Part shown: in pieces, positions 35,678 to 43,858 of the stretch
Position numbering within the stretch: the stretch's first letter is position 1
How the letters are laid out: every line of letters begins with the position of its first letter
Source: an uncultured Candidatus Saccharibacteria bacterium
Lineage (GTDB): Bacteria > Patescibacteriota > Saccharimonadia > CAILAD01 > GCA-016700035
Direction of reading: 5' to 3'
Assembly: GCA_964535385.1 (NCBI GenBank)
Contig: CAZHSY010000002.1
Coordinates: 72,939-118,946, forward strand
Length of the DNA: 46,008 nucleotides
Position numbers and translations under genes: made by a program
Notes under the pieces: generated by a model
Seen by the model: only the letters and a program-made list of their open reading frames with translations
Database searches by the model: none
What the model was told of the DNA's origin: nothing

Positions 35678-37630
35678 ATGAAACGAACGCAGTATGTCGA
35701 AGTCGAGGTGTGTCAGCATGCCGGTCTAGATGACCGGCAGTTTACCTATCGCTGGGAGCTCGAGACGAACCCCCAGATCGGTGAATTAATTGAAGTGTCC
35801 TTTGGTAGACGCCAAAGTGTAGCCGTCATTCGCAAGCTCTCTACGAGCACAAATGTGCCGGCCAAGTCCCTCAAATCTGTGGCTCGTCGCTTGCCCTATA
35901 AACCGCTTCCGGCCACCAGCCTGCAATTAGCCGACTGGCTCCGCCAGTATTACGCCGCGCCGACAAAAGCAGTTTGGAGTAGTTTTATTCCTAGCCTGCT
36001 GCCGCGTAAGCAAGCTCCAAAACGGCCTGATACTAAGAATAAAAAAGTTATTCAAAAATCAGATATATCACTCAGTAAAAAGCAATTAAAATCACTTGAT
36101 ACTATCTGTAATGCTGATGTTTCTACATCGTTATTATTCGGCATTACGGGCTCTGGAAAAACAAAGATTTATGAGGCCTTAATCGCCCAAACGCTGGCTG
36201 AAGGTCGGTCCGTAATTGTCCTAGCACCAGAAATCATCTTGGCCACGCATTTAGGCCAGCGGCTGGGGCAACGCTTTGGCTCGCAGCTCCACACCACCCA
36301 TTCTGGCCTGAGCGGTAGTGCTCGACGCAATGTTTGGCTACACGCTTTAGAAGCCTCGTCTCCAGCAGTTTACCTCGGCCCACGTAGCGCGCTCTTCCTG
36401 CCCATTCAAAACCTTGGCTTGATAATCATCGATGAAGAGCATGATGGTAGTTACAAACAGACCCAAGCTCCTCGCTACCAAGCCAATTTTGTTGCGGCTG
36501 AGCTGGCTCGCCTGACCCAGGCTCGACTCCTACTTGGTTCAGCCACGCCTTCAATGCAAACGTTAGCCCTGAGCGCAAAAGGCTTCATTCAGCGGGTTGA
36601 TCTGACGGAACGCTTCGGCGGTGTAGCTCTGCCTCATATAGAGGTTGTCCAGCAACCACGCGAAGCTGGTGTATTCATAGCGCCAAGTCTCCTAAGCAGG
36701 CTTAAGGCCAACCTAGAAACCAGCCACCAAAGCCTTATCTTGCACAACCAACGCGGATCGGCTCGACGGCTCATGTGTAATGCCTGCGCTAGTACAGTCC
36801 GCTGCTCCTATTGCGACACACCACTCGTGCTGCATGCCGATCTAGGGAGACTCGTCTGTCACCTCTGCAGCCGACATCAGGCACCGCCAGCGCTCTGCCC
36901 CAGCTGCCACCAGCCAGACTTGGGTTTTGCCGGCTTTGGCACCAAGGCTCTCGTCGAGTATCTAACCAAGCAACTCCCTACAGCTCGAATTGCCCGCCTA
37001 GATCGAGATAGCCACGATCGTGACTCCCAAGCCCTCGAACACACTCTGCTAGCCATGCAAAGGGGCTCAATTGATATCCTCGTTGGCACTCAAATGATTG
37101 CAAAAGGCCTGGACTTCCCCAACCTCAAACTCGTCGGTATCGTAGCTGCCGACGAACTCCTCGCTGGAGCCGACTACACCGCAACCGAGCGTGGTGTTAG
37201 CCTGATGATGCAGGCGGCCGGACGATCCGGTCGCCAAGATGAAGTCGGTCAGGTCATTATTCAGAGCCGCAAACCAGAACGTGCCATCTTTAACTACATC
37301 AAGCACCATGATTGGATAGGCTTCTCCAAAGCTGAACTCCCCTTACGTCAACGTTTCCACTACCCACCCTACCGTTGGCTGGTCAAGCTGAGTTTGGGCC
37401 GTATGAATTTATCCCGCCTCGAACAAGATATCGAGACTTTCGCGAACGAGCTGCGCCAAAATCACCAGTTGCAGGTCCTTGGACCAGCTATACCGGTCGT
37501 TGGACGACAAGGTAAGCGCTACTGGCGACAGCTGATCGTCACCTCAACTAAGCGTAGTGATCTCACCAAAATCGTCCAAGCCCTGCCGGCTGGCTGGATT
37601 GCCGACCTTGACCCCTTTCAAGTCCTCTGA
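35678..37630 (+). CDS. priA: primosomal replication-restart helicase PriA
   Basis: Walker A GITGSGKTKIY, DEEHD, and the Cys-rich Zn module CNAC...CSYC...CHLC...CPSC. Confidence 0.92.
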   Translation: MKRTQYVEVEVCQHAGLDDRQFTYRWELETNPQIGELIEVSFGRRQSVAVIRKLSTSTNVPAKSLKSVARRLPYKPLPATSLQLADWLRQYYAAPTKAVWSSFIPSLLPRKQAPKRPDTKNKKVIQKSDISLSKKQLKSLDTICNADVSTSLLFGITGSGKTKIYEALIAQTLAEGRSVIVLAPEIILATHLGQRLGQRFGSQLHTTHSGLSGSARRNVWLHALEASSPAVYLGPRSALFLPIQNLGLIIIDEEHDGSYKQTQAPRYQANFVAAELARLTQARLLLGSATPSMQTLALSAKGFIQRVDLTERFGGVALPHIEVVQQPREAGVFIAPSLLSRLKANLETSHQSLILHNQRGSARRLMCNACASTVRCSYCDTPLVLHADLGRLVCHLCSRHQAPPALCPSCHQPDLGFAGFGTKALVEYLTKQLPTARIARLDRDSHDRDSQALEHTLLAMQRGSIDILVGTQMIAKGLDFPNLKLVGIVAADELLAGADYTATERGVSLMMQAAGRSGRQDEVGQVIIQSRKPERAIFNYIKHHDWIGFSKAELPLRQRFHYPPYRWLVKLSLGRMNLSRLEQDIETFANELRQNHQLQVLGPAIPVVGRQGKRYWRQLIVTSTKRSDLTKIVQALPAGWIADLDPFQVL

Positions 37631-37645
37631 TCTAATGGTAAGGAT

Positions 37646-38212
37646 ATGATCCGTAAAATTGTTACCATCCCCAAGGCTGCTCTCCGCCTCAAATCAAAGC
37701 GCGTTGGCTTCGTTGATGATCAGATTCGTCAGCTCGCTGAGGATATGATTGCTACCACCCTCGACTGGGATCACGACAGCGAGCTGGGCGCCGCACTAGC
37801 TGCCATTCAGGTTGGCGAGCCACTCAAGCTGACCGTCGTTCGTAATAACTTCGATGACGCCAACGATACTACTTTTCTCACCTTCGTAAACCCAGAAATA
37901 ATCCAACAAAGCCGCGATCGAGTAGTTGATGTTGAGGGTTGTCTGTCGGTCCCAGGCTATTATGCTCGGATTGCCCGCCCAACCCGCATTAAGGTGAAGG
38001 CCGAAACGCTCGAGGGTGAAATTGTACGCATCAATCTCGAAGGCTTTCCGGCCCGAGTCTTTCTGCATGAAATTGACCACATGCATGGCAAGCTGTTCAT
38101 TGACTATATTAAGAGCGTCGACGACGTACTAGTGATTGATAAGGCTGGCAAACTCCAGCCTGTTACTGAAATGCCAGCTCAGATTCTCAAATTTCAGGAA
38201 AAGCATAGGTGA
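37646..38212 (+). CDS. def: peptide deformylase
   Basis: Motifs GAALAAIQVG, EGCLSVPG and HEIDHMHG. Confidence 0.94.
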   Translation: MIRKIVTIPKAALRLKSKRVGFVDDQIRQLAEDMIATTLDWDHDSELGAALAAIQVGEPLKLTVVRNNFDDANDTTFLTFVNPEIIQQSRDRVVDVEGCLSVPGYYARIARPTRIKVKAETLEGEIVRINLEGFPARVFLHEIDHMHGKLFIDYIKSVDDVLVIDKAGKLQPVTEMPAQILKFQEKHR

Positions 38213-39195
38213 AGCTTGTTTTCTTTGGAAGTGGGCCACTCAGTGCCACTATTTTAGAATATGTCGCCAGTCACCTACCGACCATTCAGATAGTAGCCAT
38301 CGTCACCAAGCCGGAACCAGCTCGCCGTCATCGCTCACAGGCAAATCCTGTCATAACAGTGGCCCAGGCTCGCCAAATTCCAGTCTTACAGCCGACCGAC
38401 CTGCGCGCCGCCGCGCCAGAACTCCGCAAACTCGATGCTACCGCTGGCCTCCTCTTCGCCTATGGTAAGATTCTGCCGCCCGGACTGCTAGCCATCTTCC
38501 CAACTGGAATCCTAAACATTCACCCATCACTCTTACCAAAACATCGCGGCCCATCCCCCATTGAGGCTACCATTCTAGCTGGCGATGCCGAGGCCGGGGT
38601 CAGCCTAATGATTATTGCCGAGGAAATGGATGCTGGACCAATTATCGCCCAAGAATCTTTTCCGATTAATTACGATATATCTAAGTCCGAACTAACTAAA
38701 AAGCTGCTTGAAACAGCTCAGCAACTCCTCGATGACCACCTAATACGCTACATTCAGACTCAGCAGCCAGCGCCACGTAATCAAGATAGCACGCAAGCTA
38801 GTTATTGTTCGCTCATAAAAAAAACCGATGGTAATCTTACACCAAGTCAAGAATCAGCCGCGAGTTTCACCCGTAAAGTCCGAGCCTACAGTAGCTGGCC
38901 AGGCGTTCGAGTAGCCGCAATGTACAATGACAGGCCAGTTGAGCTCTCAGTCCGAACAGCTCATATCGACTCAGAGACTTCAGGCAATTCTCCACTCAGC
39001 AACGCTAGCAGAACTGAACTCCGTATCCAGACAAAAGTTGGCTCCGTTTTGCTCGATGAGGTGCAGCTGCCCGGTAAAACCCCCATTTCTGGTCGTGACC
39101 TCATAAATGGCGGCGCATTTAGTCTAGCTGCTTGGCCGACTGAAAGTAATTCTCTACCCGTACCAGCACCTCATTCGGTGTCAGATCGCTCTTAA
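38209..39195 (+). CDS. fmt: methionyl-tRNA formyltransferase
   Basis: GTGA overlap with def. NIHPSLLPKHRGPSPI. The 3' end overlaps the convergent receiver gene by 77 nt. Confidence 0.92.
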   Translation: MKLVFFGSGPLSATILEYVASHLPTIQIVAIVTKPEPARRHRSQANPVITVAQARQIPVLQPTDLRAAAPELRKLDATAGLLFAYGKILPPGLLAIFPTGILNIHPSLLPKHRGPSPIEATILAGDAEAGVSLMIIAEEMDAGPIIAQESFPINYDISKSELTKKLLETAQQLLDDHLIRYIQTQQPAPRNQDSTQASYCSLIKKTDGNLTPSQESAASFTRKVRAYSSWPGVRVAAMYNDRPVELSVRTAHIDSETSGNSPLSNASRTELRIQTKVGSVLLDEVQLPGKTPISGRDLINGGAFSLAAWPTESNSLPVPAPHSVSDRS

Positions 39196-39502
39196 TGATG
39201 TAATCGACGACGCCAAAGCGCTGGGCGATTTCACGCGTCTCAGTACTCATCATATTCGAGAGGATCATGACTGGAGTATGAATTGAACGTTTCTTGAGCT
39301 CCTCAAGGACTTCGATACCACCGACCGCTGGCATCATAATATCAAGTAGCATCAGATCAAATTTTCCTTTCGACAGAAGCTCGAGAGCCACCTTGCCATC
39401 AGTTGCCTCGACAAGCTTAAAAGCCTCCGCCTTACTCAGCTTCAAGGCATACATCTTACGAATAAAATCATTGTCCTCTACCAAGAGGATGCGCTTCTTC
39501 AT
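39119..39502 (-). CDS. stand-alone response-regulator receiver (CheY-like) protein
   Basis: KRILLVEDND...LDIMMP...ILSN..., with a phospho-acceptor Asp context. Start ATG 39502 sits 6 nt after promoter TTGACC (39533-39538)-18-TATCAT (39509-39514). Confidence 0.85.
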   Translation of the reverse strand: MKKRILLVEDNDFIRKMYALKLSKAEAFKLVEATDGKVALELLSKGKFDLMLLDIMMPAVGGIEVLEELKKRSIHTPVMILSNMMSTETREIAQRFGVVDYIIKSDLTPNEVLVRVENYFQSAKQLD

Positions 39503-39508
39503 AGTCTT

Positions 39509-39538
39509 ATGATAGCTCTCTCTAGGAAGAAGGGTCAA
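39509..39538 (-). promoter_or_regulatory. promoter TTGACC-18 nt-TATCAT, 6 nt upstream of the receiver-gene ATG
   Basis: Read on the minus strand. Implies a leaderless mRNA. Confidence 0.55.
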
Positions 39539-39568
39539 TCTTCAACCTGATTTAGGTTGAAAGAAATT

Positions 39569-39895
39569 TCATAATTCAGATTCAGTCTCGTGTAAAAGTC
39601 GCTGGATGTTCTGCGCATAATCAGCGCTAGTATCAGTTTCAAGCGTGAGTCGTGGCGTAACCTTCGAGGTCGAACGCTGGTTACAATAGCGCTGCAAGAG
39701 CCTCACTAGTCGCTCTTGGTTGGCTAACGTAATATTATCCCAGCCAGCTACCCAGACAGTGGCCTGACGTAAATCTGGACTAACACTCACGCGCGTCACC
39801 GTTAAGAGCACAGCCGTACCGGAGACCTCAGCCTGTAAGGCATCAGCAACCTGTCGTTGTAGTTGGGCGCTAACCCGCTGGACTCGCAATGACAT
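39569..39895 (-). CDS. rbfA: ribosome-binding factor A
   Basis: R..RV...L.R.VA.AL N-terminus, small KH-like size, and the conserved position after infB. Confidence 0.88.
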   Translation of the reverse strand: MSLRVQRVSAQLQRQVADALQAEVSGTAVLLTVTRVSVSPDLRQATVWVAGWDNITLANQERLVRLLQRYCNQRSTSKVTPRLTLETDTSADYAQNIQRLLHETESEL

Positions 39896-39900
39896 AAAAC

Positions 39901-41682
39901 CTAGCCTTCTAGACGTCGCTCTTGAGTACTACGACGGATACAGCGTAGTTCATCCCCAGCTACCGGTACCACTTCATGACGAGTTAGTGAAACCCCACAC
40001 TCTTCATCTTCCTGGGCGCCCTGCAAGAGATCAGCTCCACGACGCAGCTCCAATAGCGCAACTTCGTCGACAAGCTCGCCCTCGTGAAGGATCTGAATCA
40101 ATGTATCTGGCTCGAAACGACCGCTGGTAACGCGACCTCCGCAAATCACCTTATCGCGAGTAGTTTTAAAGACCGCCAACACCTCGAGCTTACCGAGTTC
40201 CTGTTCAATTGTTTCCGGCTCGAGCATGCTAGACAGCCATTCACGAACGTCGTCGAGCAAGTCATATATTACCTTATAAGTCTTAAAGGTTACGTTATTA
40301 CGCTTGGCGAGCTGGTTAACAGCCGAGCTCAATGTAGTGTGAAAGCCAAGTACGAGCGCACCACTAGCCGTAGCCGTATTGATGTCATTTTCAGTAATAT
40401 CACCAACCCCAGCTTGCACAATCCGCACCCGAACTTCATTATTACCAACTAACTGGAGCGCCTGAGTCAGTGACTCGAGCGAACCTTGGGCATCAGCTTT
40501 AACCAGTACAGCCAACTCATTTACCTGGCCCTCGGTTACAGCCTTTTCAATATCACGAGCCGAGACTGACTTCGGCTTAGTCAGACTCTTGATGCTAGCT
40601 TCGCGATTGCGCTGGCCAAGCCAGTCGCGAGCTTCCTTCTCCGAGCTAACTACCTCGAACCAATCGCCAAAATCCGCCACTGCCTTGAAGCCCAAGGCTA
40701 CAGCCGGTGTACCTGGAGTGGCTTCCTTTAGCTGCTCACCGCGGTAGTCCTCCAGGGCTCGGATCTTACCATAGGTCGAGCCAGCCACCACATAATCACC
40801 AACTCGAAGACGACCGCCTTCGACCAATAGACTTATGACCGGGCCACGACCAGATTCAATATGACTCTCAATAATCACACCATTAGCTGGGCCAGCATAT
40901 ACTGCCATTGGCTTAGTAATATCACTCACCAAGATAATCATATCGAGCAGTTGCTCGAGGCCCTGGCGTGACTTGGCTGAGACTTCAACGCACGGCACAT
41001 CACCACCCCAATCATCTGGCTGCACACCGGCTTCGACTAACTCTTGCTTAACGCGGTTGATATCGGCCTCCGGCTTGTCAGTCTTATTAATTGCCACCAC
41101 TAATCCAGCACCTACCTCACGCACCAAGCGTATGGCTTCCTTGGTTTGTTGCTTCACCCCATCATCAGCCGCCACAACAACCACGGCTACGTCAGTAATA
41201 CGCACTCCATGGGCTCGGATCGCATGAAAGGCCTCATGGCCAGGAGTATCAAGAAAAGTAATTTTCCGCTTCCCGCGCTCTGCCTGATAAGCTCCGATGT
41301 GCTGAGTGATGCCGCCAGCTTCCTTGGCCACTACATTTGATTCACGGATCGCATCCAAGAGCGACGTTTTACCGTGATCGACATGCCCCATAATGGCCAC
41401 TACCGGCGGGCGCTCTTGTTCCTTGCCCTGTACTTCCCGCTGAGCACTTGGCCGAGCTTCTTCGACTGGCGCTTCTTCCTCAAGGACATAGCCCAGATCA
41501 GTAGCGATAATTGAGGCTGTCTCAAAATCAATCGTCTCATTGATCGTTGCCATCACACCATTCTTCATAAGCTCGGCTACTAGCTTGGCTGGACTTTCGC
41601 TCAAACGAGTAGCCAAATCAGCCACGGTGACGGTGGCCGGGACGGCGATGGGGGCTGATTCTGTTGGCTGTGGTGATGACAT
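39901..41682 (-). CDS. infB: translation initiation factor IF-2
   Basis: G-domain IMGHVDHGKTSLLD, DTPGHEAF, NKTD. ATG 41682 is preceded by GAGGGA. Confidence 0.95.
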   Translation of the reverse strand: MSSPQPTESAPIAVPATVTVADLATRLSESPAKLVAELMKNGVMATINETIDFETASIIATDLGYVLEEEAPVEEARPSAQREVQGKEQERPPVVAIMGHVDHGKTSLLDAIRESNVVAKEAGGITQHIGAYQAERGKRKITFLDTPGHEAFHAIRAHGVRITDVAVVVVAADDGVKQQTKEAIRLVREVGAGLVVAINKTDKPEADINRVKQELVEAGVQPDDWGGDVPCVEVSAKSRQGLEQLLDMIILVSDITKPMAVYAGPANGVIIESHIESGRGPVISLLVEGGRLRVGDYVVAGSTYGKIRALEDYRGEQLKEATPGTPAVALGFKAVADFGDWFEVVSSEKEARDWLGQRNREASIKSLTKPKSVSARDIEKAVTEGQVNELAVLVKADAQGSLESLTQALQLVGNNEVRVRIVQAGVGDITENDINTATASGALVLGFHTTLSSAVNQLAKRNNVTFKTYKVIYDLLDDVREWLSSMLEPETIEQELGKLEVLAVFKTTRDKVICGGRVTSGRFEPDTLIQILHEGELVDEVALLELRRGADLLQGAQEDEECGVSLTRHEVVPVAGDELRCIRRSTQERRLEG

Positions 41683-41713
41683 ATTCTTGATGGATCCCTC
41701 AATTTGGTTGGCG

Positions 41714-41935
41714 TTAATTTCGTTTGCGAGCTTGGCCCTGAATAGCCTGGGTGCCATACTGCTGGCACTGTGGCTGGTTACACAGATACCAGCCACGCCC
41801 CGGCATTATCTGTTCATTATCTCGCACTGGGCCTTCTAAGGAAACTACCCAGCGCTCCAGCGAGCTCTTAGGCGCGCGTTGACGACAGACGCGGCACTGA
41901 CGGGTGGGCACGTGGCTCGCGGATTGACGCCCCAT
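41714..41935 (-). CDS. ylxR: YlxR/DUF448-family RNA-binding protein
   Basis: RQCRVCRQ....L.R.V......GRGWYLC. AAGGAG sits at the end of rpsA. TTG 41938 is an alternative start. Confidence 0.8.
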   Translation of the reverse strand: MGRQSASHVPTRQCRVCRQRAPKSSLERWVVSLEGPVRDNEQIMPGRGWYLCNQPQCQQYGTQAIQGQARKRN

Positions 41936-41942
41936 CAATGAG

Positions 41943-43040
41943 TTACTCCTTGGTCTTGACAGTCTTAGTCGGCTTGCTCGAAGCGGCCTTCAGTGAGAGG
42001 GATAACTTGTGCTGAGCTGGATCAATAGCAATAATTCTGAAGTTCTTCTTCTCGCCAACCTTAACCAGTTCATTTGGATCGGTCACGTGCTCTTCAGACA
42101 GTTCTGAAATGTGTACCAAGGCCTCAATTACAGGTGTTACCTGGACGAAGGCTCCAAATGGTGTAATGCGATTGACGGTACCCTCGACACTATCACCAAC
42201 ACTGAATTGTTCACTTTCTTTTATCCACGGATCAGCACTGAGTTGCTTAATAGACAAGGAAAGTTTGTCCTGATCGATAGCAATAACCTTAGCCTGAATC
42301 GCATCGCCTACCTTGACGTAACTAGATGGCGAATCGACCCGATCCCAAGCGATCTCAGAGATGTGCACCATCCCCTCGACGCCATCCACGTTCACGAAGA
42401 TACCGTAGTCAACAATGCCAGTTGCAATGCCGTTAATAGTATCGCCAACTGCAATCGTAGAAATCTTGTCTTCGGTCAGCTCACGACGGGCTGCCTTCTC
42501 GGAAACGATCAGTTTGTTTTGCTTACGATCGATATCGAGTACTCGCACCATCAAAGTCTGACCAACCAGTTGGTTGAGACGGTGCAGTATTTCATCCTTA
42601 TCAGCTCCGGAGACACGCGGATAGTTCTCGGCCGAAAGCTGACTGACTGGCAAAAAGCCACGAATGCCTTCAACTTCCACCAGAAGTCCGCCACGGTTAG
42701 CATCAAAAGGCACGATACCAAAAACTTCACCAGCTTCATAATGAGCCTCGAGAGCCTCCCAGCCCTTTTCCTTAGCAACCTTGCGTAAGCTTAAGACCAC
42801 ATACCCCTCGGGGGTCTCTGGGTCAAGCACACTAGCAGAGATCGTCTCGTCAGGCTGTAAGCTCTGAGCGGCTTGTTCGATCTCGCGACCGAGCACCACA
42901 CCAGTGCCGTGAACACCCAAGTCGAGCCAGACTTCATGCTTATCGACACTCAGAATTGTGCCGTCAATGATATCGCCAGCTGCCAACACTTTTGTGTCGG
43001 CCTGAGCCAGCAATTCTTCCATTGTGATTGTTTGTACCAT
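41943..43040 (-). CDS. rpsA: 30S ribosomal protein S1 (four S1 domains)
   Basis: Four repeats of the S1 OB-fold pattern (G..I.G.V......G..V.L.....G..H.SE...). ATG 43040 is preceded by AAGGAAG. Confidence 0.85.
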   Translation of the reverse strand: MVQTITMEELLAQADTKVLAAGDIIDGTILSVDKHEVWLDLGVHGTGVVLGREIEQAAQSLQPDETISASVLDPETPEGYVVLSLRKVAKEKGWEALEAHYEAGEVFGIVPFDANRGGLLVEVEGIRGFLPVSQLSAENYPRVSGADKDEILHRLNQLVGQTLMVRVLDIDRKQNKLIVSEKAARRELTEDKISTIAVGDTINGIATGIVDYGIFVNVDGVEGMVHISEIAWDRVDSPSSYVKVGDAIQAKVIAIDQDKLSLSIKQLSADPWIKESEQFSVGDSVEGTVNRITPFGAFVQVTPVIEALVHISELSEEHVTDPNELVKVGEKKNFRIIAIDPAQHKLSLSLKAASSKPTKTVKTKE

Positions 43041-43141
43041 ACTGTAATTACTTCCTTTGCTATAGAGATTTGAACAAATATGTAGGCATGTTCGTGGACG
43101 ACATAGGCGCTCTACCACAAACATGCTTTTTGATCAGATTG

Positions 43142-43170
43142 ATTATACCGACATTCAGATGAAAAGTCAA
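43142..43170 (-). promoter_or_regulatory. consensus promoter TTGACT-17 nt-TATAAT for rpsA
   Basis: Minus-strand TTGACT (43165-43170), a 17-nt spacer, TATAAT (43142-43147). The leader of about 95 nt contains an 11-bp hairpin at 43087-43125. Confidence 0.7.
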
Positions 43171-43184
43171 AGCTGCCTACAGAT

Positions 43185-43212
43185 GAAAACAGCCCGTGAA
43201 TGGGCTGTTTTC
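43185..43212. terminator. rho-independent terminator (perfect 11-bp stem)
   Basis: GAAAACAGCCC (43185-43195) pairs with GGGCTGTTTTC (43202-43212), downstream of the minus-strand surface-protein gene. Confidence 0.8.
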
Positions 43213-43237
43213 ATGACTACTTCGGTGCCGTCTCAAT

Positions 43238-43696
43238 CTATACGCGACGTTGAGCGCGCTTGAGCGCAGCTTTGGCACGCTGGCGAGTGTACGTCAATAC
43301 ACCTATACCGGTCATTGGGATAGCAAAGGCCAGTTCTCCACCTGTAGCTGGAGTCTTACCACTTGGTGGAGTAATAGTACTTGACTCAGGTGTCGGAGTG
43401 GCTTGAGCAACCGCCGAAGAGGTTGGCGTAGGCGTAGCACTTGGAGTAGGGCTCGGAGTAGATGTGGCGCTCGGAGCCGGCGTAGCGGCAGGTGTACTAG
43501 TGGCACTCGGAGTAGCCGTACTGCTTGGTGAAGCTTCGGTACTGGCAGTCACAGTTGTAGTGGCCTGAGCTTGCTCATTCTTCTTCTGTTCCTGTGCCTG
43601 ACGCTGACTATTGCCATAGGCAAAGGTCGCAGCCACGATGAGAACTACTACTGCCACTGCCAGGATGATTTTTACTGTTGAATTCTTGAGTAACAT
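43238..43696 (-). CDS. Ser/Thr/Pro-rich surface protein with an N-terminal signal/anchor and a C-terminal LPXTG-like sorting signal (TPATG)
   Basis: ATG 43696 follows AAGGAAA. VKIILAVAVVVLIVAATFAYG. The PSATSTP-type low-complexity region is also repeated in the DNA. C-terminus: KTPATGGE + LAFAIPMTGIGVLTY + TRQRAKAALKRAQRRV. Confidence 0.6.
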   Translation of the reverse strand: MLLKNSTVKIILAVAVVVLIVAATFAYGNSQRQAQEQKKNEQAQATTTVTASTEASPSSTATPSATSTPAATPAPSATSTPSPTPSATPTPTSSAVAQATPTPESSTITPPSGKTPATGGELAFAIPMTGIGVLTYTRQRAKAALKRAQRRV

Positions 43697-43858
43697 GGGG
43701 GTTTCCTTACTTGTTCCTTTATCACTACTTGGTGGAACCAGCCACAAACTACTGGCTCTTATAAAAACTTATCTATCACACAGATTTTACCAGCTCCTTA
43801 CCAGGTTGCAAGCATGAGAAGTTTTGAAGATCAACTGGTATGGCTATATCATAGCTAT

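Noticed and set aside
38860-38876. parS site search (TGTTTCACGTGAAACA)
   Set aside because: The best by-eye candidates are AGTTTCACCCGTAAAG inside fmt (10 of 16 positions) and a lone GTGAAACA half-site at about 44740. Neither is a convincing palindromic parS.
39503-39538. Longer receiver-protein start (TTG 39538), and likewise the longest-ORF starts for rpsU (27538), recJ (31592), LCP (9410), secD (35610), infB (41796), rpsA (43124) and the surface protein (43747)
   Set aside because: The extensions encode non-conserved, odd-composition residues. In several cases they begin inside the promoter elements identified for the shorter start. The internal ATGs have either an SD or a -10 box at leaderless spacing.
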